A stretch of 64,000 bases of DNA. Source: Candidatus Saccharicenans sp. Its GTDB lineage: Bacteria > Acidobacteriota > Aminicenantia > Aminicenantales > Saccharicenantaceae. The notes beneath the pieces were generated by a model. That model saw only the letters and a list, made by a program, of their open reading frames with translations. It was not told the origin of the DNA and made no database searches. The stretch spans positions 19,625 through 83,624 of the forward strand of contig JANLFU010000010.1 of assembly GCA_024653215.1 (NCBI GenBank), written 5' to 3'. The position numbers and the translations under genes are program-made. This document shows, piece after piece, positions 58,640-64,000 of the stretch (its first letter is position 1; each line of letters begins with the position of its first letter).

Positions 58640-60037
58640 TCAGTTTCCTTTCAGCGAATAAGACTTTTCTATAGCCTGGTAGACCATGGTCCGGAACTTG
58701 TTCTGCAGGTCGCCGAGTCCGGCCGGAACGGGCAGGACCTGGATCATGAACACCGCTACCAGCTTCTCCACCGGGTCAACCCAGTAGCTGGTAAAATAGG
58801 CCCCGCCCCAGCCGTAGGAACCAACGGTGCCCGGGAGTCCGGAAGTACCCAGGCTCTTGGTGACCCAGAAACCCAAACCAAAGCCGGTGGCTCCGCCAGA
58901 ATAGAGCTGGCCCACGTGGTCGGCGGTCATCAGCTCAACCGACTTCGGGCTCAGAAGCCGCGAGCCGCCCAGCTCGCCGCCATTCTGGAGCATGAGCAGA
59001 AAGCGGGCATAATCCTCGGCCGTTGCGACTAACCCGGCCCCGCCCGAATAGCACTTCTTCGGTCCATAGACATAAGGACTCCTGGCCGGGTCTTCGGTCA
59101 TTTTTAGCTCGCCTTTTTCATCGGCACCGTAGGACGGGGTGAACCTGGACACCTTGCTTTCCGGCAGGAAGAAGTGGGTATCTTTCATTCCCAGCGGTCC
59201 GGTTATCCGCTTCTCCACGAACTCGGCCAGGGTCATCCCGGAGACAACTTCCACCAGGTAGCCCAGGATGTCGGTGTTGTAGCCATAGACGAACTTTTCT
59301 CCGGGCTGGGCATCAAAAGGCAGCCTGGCCAGTTTTTTGACCAGCTCGCCGATGGTCATATCTTTGTCTGTTAAAAACCAGCCATGAATTCCAGCTTTCA
59401 GGTACTCTTCCTTGGCCGGGCCTTCTCCATAGGATATGCCGGCCGTATGGGTCAGCAGGTCGCGGATGGTAATCTGGCGCCTGGCCGGCACCAGGCTGTA
59501 TCCCCTGGCCTCCTTGTTTTCGGCCCTGACGGCCACAAAGGTTTCCTTGAATTCGGGAATATACCTGGACACCGGGTCGTCCAGAAGCAACTTCCCTTCT
59601 TCCATCAACATCATGACCGCCACCGAAGTTACGGCCTTGGACTGGGAAGCGATGCGGAAGATGGCATCCGGAGGCATCGGCTCGGGCCGGTCGAGCCTGA
59701 ATTTTCCAAAAGCCCGGTGGTAGGCAACCCGTCCATTCCTGGCTACCAGAACCACCATTCCCGGCGCTCCCTTCTGGTCGCAGTAGCTCTGCAAGACCTG
59801 TCCCAGTCGTTCCAGGCGGCTGGCCGAAAGCCCGACCTCGCCCGGGCGGGCAGCCGGCAGACTGGTCGACCAGGCAGAGAGGCTTAATGTCAGGACCAGC
59901 AGTGCCAGGCCGAGAAGGCGGATAAAAGCCCGGGAACTTATTCCCGAATTTTTATCCTTTGCTTTAACTTTTTTGCCGGAAGATCTTTCTCTTCCGTATG
60001 CTTCACCCAGATAACCCGAAAATACTTTCAAGTTCAT
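58640..60037 (-). CDS. Secreted serine hydrolase, beta-lactamase (class C/esterase) family
   Basis: FRIASQSK (SxxK), LLTHTAG, PGEKFVYG and WGGA. Confidence 0.9.
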   Translation of the reverse strand: MNLKVFSGYLGEAYGRERSSGKKVKAKDKNSGISSRAFIRLLGLALLVLTLSLSAWSTSLPAARPGEVGLSASRLERLGQVLQSYCDQKGAPGMVVLVARNGRVAYHRAFGKFRLDRPEPMPPDAIFRIASQSKAVTSVAVMMLMEEGKLLLDDPVSRYIPEFKETFVAVRAENKEARGYSLVPARRQITIRDLLTHTAGISYGEGPAKEEYLKAGIHGWFLTDKDMTIGELVKKLARLPFDAQPGEKFVYGYNTDILGYLVEVVSGMTLAEFVEKRITGPLGMKDTHFFLPESKVSRFTPSYGADEKGELKMTEDPARSPYVYGPKKCYSGGAGLVATAEDYARFLLMLQNGGELGGSRLLSPKSVELMTADHVGQLYSGGATGFGLGFWVTKSLGTSGLPGTVGSYGWGGAYFTSYWVDPVEKLVAVFMIQVLPVPAGLGDLQNKFRTMVYQAIEKSYSLKGN

Positions 60038-60686
60038 TTTCCCTCCTGTTTCCCGTTTAATTTTATAGTCTCTTTCAGAACTGCCATCATTTTTCCGGTG
60101 AGATAGAGAAATGCCCCTGCTTTTCTTTTATAAATACCCGGAAGGCAAGCAATCAATGACATTCTCGGTTTTATTACCTGACTATATCCCATCCAGCCGA
60201 CGGCTGTCAAAATGGAGGCCGTACCCGGCTGAAGTAGGGCCCGCAGATGGTCCCTGACCGAATGACCGCACCGCCACCTGCTTAATTAAAGTCTTATTAA
60301 TACCTTCTTCCCGATTACCTCCAGACCACCTGCCCCGTGCCTTGTAAATTGATTAATTCCAGCCTGAAACCCTCTATTCTCACTGTGGCAGGTCAAATCT
60401 TTTCTGAGTGCTTATTAATCAAGAAGCCCCTACCACATTCCTCTTTTTTCATCACCCCTTTGTATGAAGAACCCTTCTCGTCCCGGTTGCCCCATGAGAG
60501 AATCTATATGAAGACCTGATCACTGGCTTGCCTAAGAATTCATACCAAAATTTGCGCGGTTACTGCTCACTCTCGGCGACAATCACAGCCTGTTCCTGGG
60601 TCTGCTTATCTCTGCTTTTAGTTTCAACTATGAGCTCCTGGTAGGTGTCTTGACTGAACTGAAGTGGCCATAATATACTCACGGGC

Positions 60687-61415
60687 GTGACCAAAGACTC
60701 TCCGGCCCGCATCTGGGAAATAGACTTTCTGCGGGGGCTGGCCATCATCCTGATGGTCGGCTACCACCTGCTCTATGACCTCGGCGATTTTGCCGGCCTG
60801 GAAAAATTCCTGGGTTTCACCACCGACCTGACCACCCCGGCCTGGCTCCTGGCCCAGCATTTCTTTGCCGGCCTGTTTGTCATACTGTCCGGGATGAGCT
60901 CCAATTTCAGCCAGAACAATTTCCGGCGCAGCCTGAAATACCTGGCCGTGGCCCTGCTGATCACCGCGGCCAGCTATGTTTTTGACCCGGAGTCGGTCAT
61001 CCTGTTCGGTATCATTCATTGCCTGGGAGTTTCGGCCCTCTTATATGGCCTGTTATTTAAAAACTCCACGGCCACGACCTGCCTGATTTCCGGAATTATC
61101 ATCGCCGGCCTGAGCGCCTTGCTGCCCTCAGCTCATAGAATTCTGGCCATAAACACCAACTGGCTCCTGCCCCTTGGCCTTCACCGCCCGGACTTTGCTT
61201 CCTTCGATTACTTCCCGCTCATCCCGTGGCTGGGGATCTTTTTAATCGGGGCCGCTCTTGGCCGCTGGCTGTATCCGTCCCGAAAAAGTCTCCTGGGCCG
61301 AGAACTGTCTCCGAATCTCTTCAACTGGTGCGGACGCCACTCTCTCTGGATTTATCTCCTCCACCAGCCGATAATTCTCGGGATTCTCTATATCCTCGGA
61401 TACGTCACCCTGTAA
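60687..61415 (+). CDS. DUF1624 / HGSNAT-catalytic-like membrane acyltransferase
   Basis: RIWEIDFLRGLAI..MV.YH, FGIIH, DYFPLIPW and GRHSL.IYLLHQP. Confidence 0.87.
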   Translation: MTKDSPARIWEIDFLRGLAIILMVGYHLLYDLGDFAGLEKFLGFTTDLTTPAWLLAQHFFAGLFVILSGMSSNFSQNNFRRSLKYLAVALLITAASYVFDPESVILFGIIHCLGVSALLYGLLFKNSTATTCLISGIIIAGLSALLPSAHRILAINTNWLLPLGLHRPDFASFDYFPLIPWLGIFLIGAALGRWLYPSRKSLLGRELSPNLFNWCGRHSLWIYLLHQPIILGILYILGYVTL

Positions 61416-61462
61416 GAAATAATAAGGTAGAATAAAGAAGATGCCCTGGATGGGACCAGGTT

Positions 61463-62782
61463 TCAGATATTTTTCATCAGCTTCTGGAAATCGCTCTTTT
61501 TCAGCAACTTTTCCATCTCGAAGAACTGCTTTAAGAGCTGGTTAACTTCCTGGATGGGGCGACCGCTGCCCCGGGCGATCCTGGCCCGTCTCCGGCCGTC
61601 GATGATCCGCGGATTTTCCCGCTCGGCCGGGGTCATGGAGTTGATGATGGCTTCGAAATAAACAAGCTTCTTATCGTCAACGTCCAGGTTACCCATCTTC
61701 TTGAAGGGCCCGGCCTTGGGCAAAAGGTCCAGCAGTCCCGACAGGCTGCCCATCTTTTTTAGCTGCTGGAGCTGCTTGCGGAAATCTTCCAGGGTGAACT
61801 GCTGCTTTTTTATCTTCCTGGCAATTTCCTCGGCCTCCTTCAGGTCCGCTTCCTGCTCTGCCTTTTCAATCAGGCTGAGAATATCACCCATGCCCAGGAT
61901 CCTCGAGGCCATGCGGTCGGGGTGAAAGACTTCCAGCTTGTCGAATTTTTCGCCCACGCCGATGAACTTTATAGGCTTATGGGTTACATAGACAATGGAC
62001 AGGGCGGCTCCGCCCCGGGCGTCGCCGTCCAGCTTGGTCAGGATGATAGAGGTCAGGCCTATCTTTTCCTCGAAGGCCTGGGCGCTGCGGACCGCATCCT
62101 GGCCGGTCATGGCATCGCCCACATAGATGACCTCGGTTGGCTCCAGGATTTCCCGGACCAGCCTCAGCTCCTCCATCAGCTCTTCATCAATGTGGAGACG
62201 CCCGGCCGTATCCACGATGAGCGGGTCGTAGCCGCGGTTCCTGGTGAAGGTCATCAGCTCCTTAAGGGCTTCGGCCGGGTTCTTCATCTTCTCGGCCGTC
62301 ATTTCGTAAAAAGGCAGGCTGAGCGACCTGGAAATGATCCGCAACTGGTCCTGGGCGGCCAGCCTCTTAAGGTCAAAGGACACCAGCAACGGGTTTCGCC
62401 CGAGCCCTTTAACATACCTGGCCAGCTTGCCCGAGGTGGTGGTCTTGCCGCTGCCCTGCAACCCGACCAGCATGAACACCGAAGGCGGGTGGCTGGCAAA
62501 GGTCAGGGGTTTGGCTTCCCCGCCCAAGATCTCGGTCAGTTCATCTCTTACTATCTTTATGAAATGCTGGGCGGGGGTCAGGCTCATCATGACTTCCTGG
62601 TCAAGGGCCCTGGCCTTGACCCGGGCTTCAAACTCCTTGACCACCTTGTAATTGACATCGGCCTCAAGGAAGGCCAGGCGTAGCATCTTCAGGGCTTCGG
62701 CAATATTCTTCTCGGTTATTTTGCCTTCGCCCCGGATATACTTGAGGGTTCTCTGGATTTTTTCGGCAAGCTGTTCAAACAT
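61463..62782 (-). CDS. ffh: Signal recognition particle protein Ffh
   Basis: GLQGSGKTTT, DTAGR, TKLDGDARGG, FHPDRMASRILGMGD and the M-domain. Confidence 0.98.
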   Translation of the reverse strand: MFEQLAEKIQRTLKYIRGEGKITEKNIAEALKMLRLAFLEADVNYKVVKEFEARVKARALDQEVMMSLTPAQHFIKIVRDELTEILGGEAKPLTFASHPPSVFMLVGLQGSGKTTTSGKLARYVKGLGRNPLLVSFDLKRLAAQDQLRIISRSLSLPFYEMTAEKMKNPAEALKELMTFTRNRGYDPLIVDTAGRLHIDEELMEELRLVREILEPTEVIYVGDAMTGQDAVRSAQAFEEKIGLTSIILTKLDGDARGGAALSIVYVTHKPIKFIGVGEKFDKLEVFHPDRMASRILGMGDILSLIEKAEQEADLKEAEEIARKIKKQQFTLEDFRKQLQQLKKMGSLSGLLDLLPKAGPFKKMGNLDVDDKKLVYFEAIINSMTPAERENPRIIDGRRRARIARGSGRPIQEVNQLLKQFFEMEKLLKKSDFQKLMKNI

Positions 62783-62804
62783 TCAGGCCACCTGACTGCC
62801 TTAA

Positions 62805-62833
62805 ATCTTACGCCAGGCCGCCCCCGAGGTCAA
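62805..62833 (-). promoter_or_regulatory. Sigma70 promoter of ffh
   Basis: Minus strand TTGACC-N17-TAAGAT, about 22 nt before the ATG. Confidence 0.55.
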
Positions 62834-63225
62834 TCAAGCGGAAGCCCCTGCGGCGCCTGGTCTTCCGGAAGATGACTCCGGAACGGGCTATTTACCCGGA
62901 AACTACCTTTCTTATCTCAAACAGCAAAAAAATGAAGTAACCCCTCAGGCTGGAACCTGGCTCATGCCTCCAGAAGAATCGGGCTTCAGGCATTAAAGCC
63001 TGAATGCCTCCCCGGCGCAGTTTACCCGCCAGGCTGGATTATTGATGATCAGACCATAATAGCCCTGAATACCCCTATCCAGCACCAGCTTCCCCCGATT
63101 CCAAGCCAGGACCCGCCCCGAGAAGCCAGGCCCAGACAGACGGGTGGCGTCGCCGAACTCAGGCCGGGCCCGATAGGTTAACTTATTGATTATAAATTAT
63201 ATATATCCAGGCCCCGGCTTCCGGC

Positions 63226-63254
63226 TTGACAATCCGGGCCGTTCTGGGTAAAGT
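63226..63254 (+). promoter_or_regulatory. Sigma70 promoter of accBC
   Basis: TTGACA-N17-TAAAGT. Confidence 0.55.
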
Positions 63255-63280
63255 TTTACTAACTTTCAGGAAGGTGAATA

Positions 63281-63808
63281 ATGACCCAAAAGAACGGTAA
63301 GCCTGTTGATTCAGGCCAGGCGAGTCCCTTCAGCTCGAAAATTGACTATGAAGAACTCCGAAAGCTGATCTCACTCCTTGAAGAGAAAAACCTCACCCAG
63401 TTCGAGCTGGAAGTGGAAGGTTTCAAGATAAAACTGAGCCGCAGCCTGGGCAATTCGTCAGGCCCGGCCCAGGTGATGTTTACCCCGGCCATGCCGGAAG
63501 CCGCGGCCAAGATTATGGCCACCAACGGCGACATTCCCGCCCCGACCCCGGCTGAAGACAAGAACATACATTACGTGACTTCGCCCATGGTCGGAACCTT
63601 TTACCGGGCGCCTTCTCCCACCTCTCCCCCCTTCGTGGACATAGGCGATCCAGTCAAGAAGGGCCAGACCCTGTGCATCGTGGAAGCCATGAAGTTGATG
63701 AATGAGATCGAGTGCGACGTCAACGGCCTGGTAGTCGATATCCTGGTGGAAAACGGGAAACCGGTTGAATACGGGCAGAAACTCTTTGCCATCAAAGTGA
63801 GCGCCTGA
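63281..63808 (+). CDS. accB: Acetyl-CoA carboxylase biotin carboxyl carrier protein
   Basis: [17 protein letters not shown] (biotin Lys) and PVEYGQ.LF. Confidence 0.96.
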   Translation: MTQKNGKPVDSGQASPFSSKIDYEELRKLISLLEEKNLTQFELEVEGFKIKLSRSLGNSSGPAQVMFTPAMPEAAAKIMATNGDIPAPTPAEDKNIHYVTSPMVGTFYRAPSPTSPPFVDIGDPVKKGQTLCIVEAMKLMNEIECDVNGLVVDILVENGKPVEYGQKLFAIKVSA

Positions 63809-63813
63809 GAAAC

Positions 63814-64000
63814 ATGTTCTCCAAGATTCTGGTGGCCAACCGGGGCGAAATCGCCTTAAGAATCATCAGGTCCTGCAAAGAGCTGGGCATCAAGACCGTA
63901 GCAGTCTTCTCCGAAGCCGACCGCAATTCTCTCCACGCCATGCTGGCCGACGAGAGTATCTGCATCGGGCCGGCCAAGGCTTCAGACAGCTACCTCAACA
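63814..64000 (+). CDS. accC: Biotin carboxylase, 3'-truncated by the window end
   Basis: Translated by hand: [54 protein letters not shown]. Confidence 0.95.
   Translation, partial: MFSKILVANRGEIALRIIRSCKELGIKTVAVFSEADRNSLHAMLADESICIGPAKASDSYLN

Noticed and set aside
51770-60510. Half-sites of the ATATGAA motif near 51770 and 60506
   Set aside because: They lack the TTCATAT right arm, so they are not counted as operators.
62783-63280. Searched the long ffh-accB intergenic region for SRP RNA or a riboswitch
   Set aside because: No recognisable signature; only short hairpins (e.g. ttcaggc-attaaa-gcctgaa) and two promoters.
1-64000. CRISPR arrays, tRNA/rRNA genes, IS elements, prophage
   Set aside because: No regularly spaced repeats, cloverleaf or rRNA signatures, transposase, integrase or phage genes were seen on reading.

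Overview
Bacterial genomic DNA with about 48 protein-coding genes and no rRNA, tRNA, CRISPR array, transposase or prophage that I can support. The gene content (GWxTD protein, DUF3857/transglutaminase pair, many secreted hydrolases, OM beta-barrels, Hyn-type hydrogenase) suggests a diderm, anaerobic, saccharolytic organism. An Aminicenantes/Acidobacteriota-like origin is an inference. Housekeeping genes include era, hrpA, ffh, accB/accC and ferritin. The standout locus (22.3-32.0 kb) is a co-oriented cluster: tusA, two DsrE-family genes, an LbpA/GcvH-like lipoyl carrier, hynS-isp1-isp2-ORF-hynL, a maturation protease and a lipoate:protein ligase. It pairs the sulfur-trafficking/lipoate module known from the sHdr-LbpA sulfur-oxidation pathway with an Isp-type (group 1e) H2-uptake hydrogenase, and there are no sHdr genes in the window. 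This suggests a candidate H2-driven, lipoate-mediated sulfane-sulfur reduction system. A palindrome ATATGAA-N6-TTCATAT (ArsR/SmtB-type operator) occurs three times, linking this cluster to a MaoC gene and a PLP class V enzyme. Other oddities are a Lon-protease/TM/beta-propeller fusion, a sugar isomerase with an apparent signal peptide, an M6 protease coupled to an OM beta-barrel, an active/inactive transglutaminase pair, a frameshifted CPBP gene and a REP-like repeat. All calls come from motif recognition by eye; no database searches were run.
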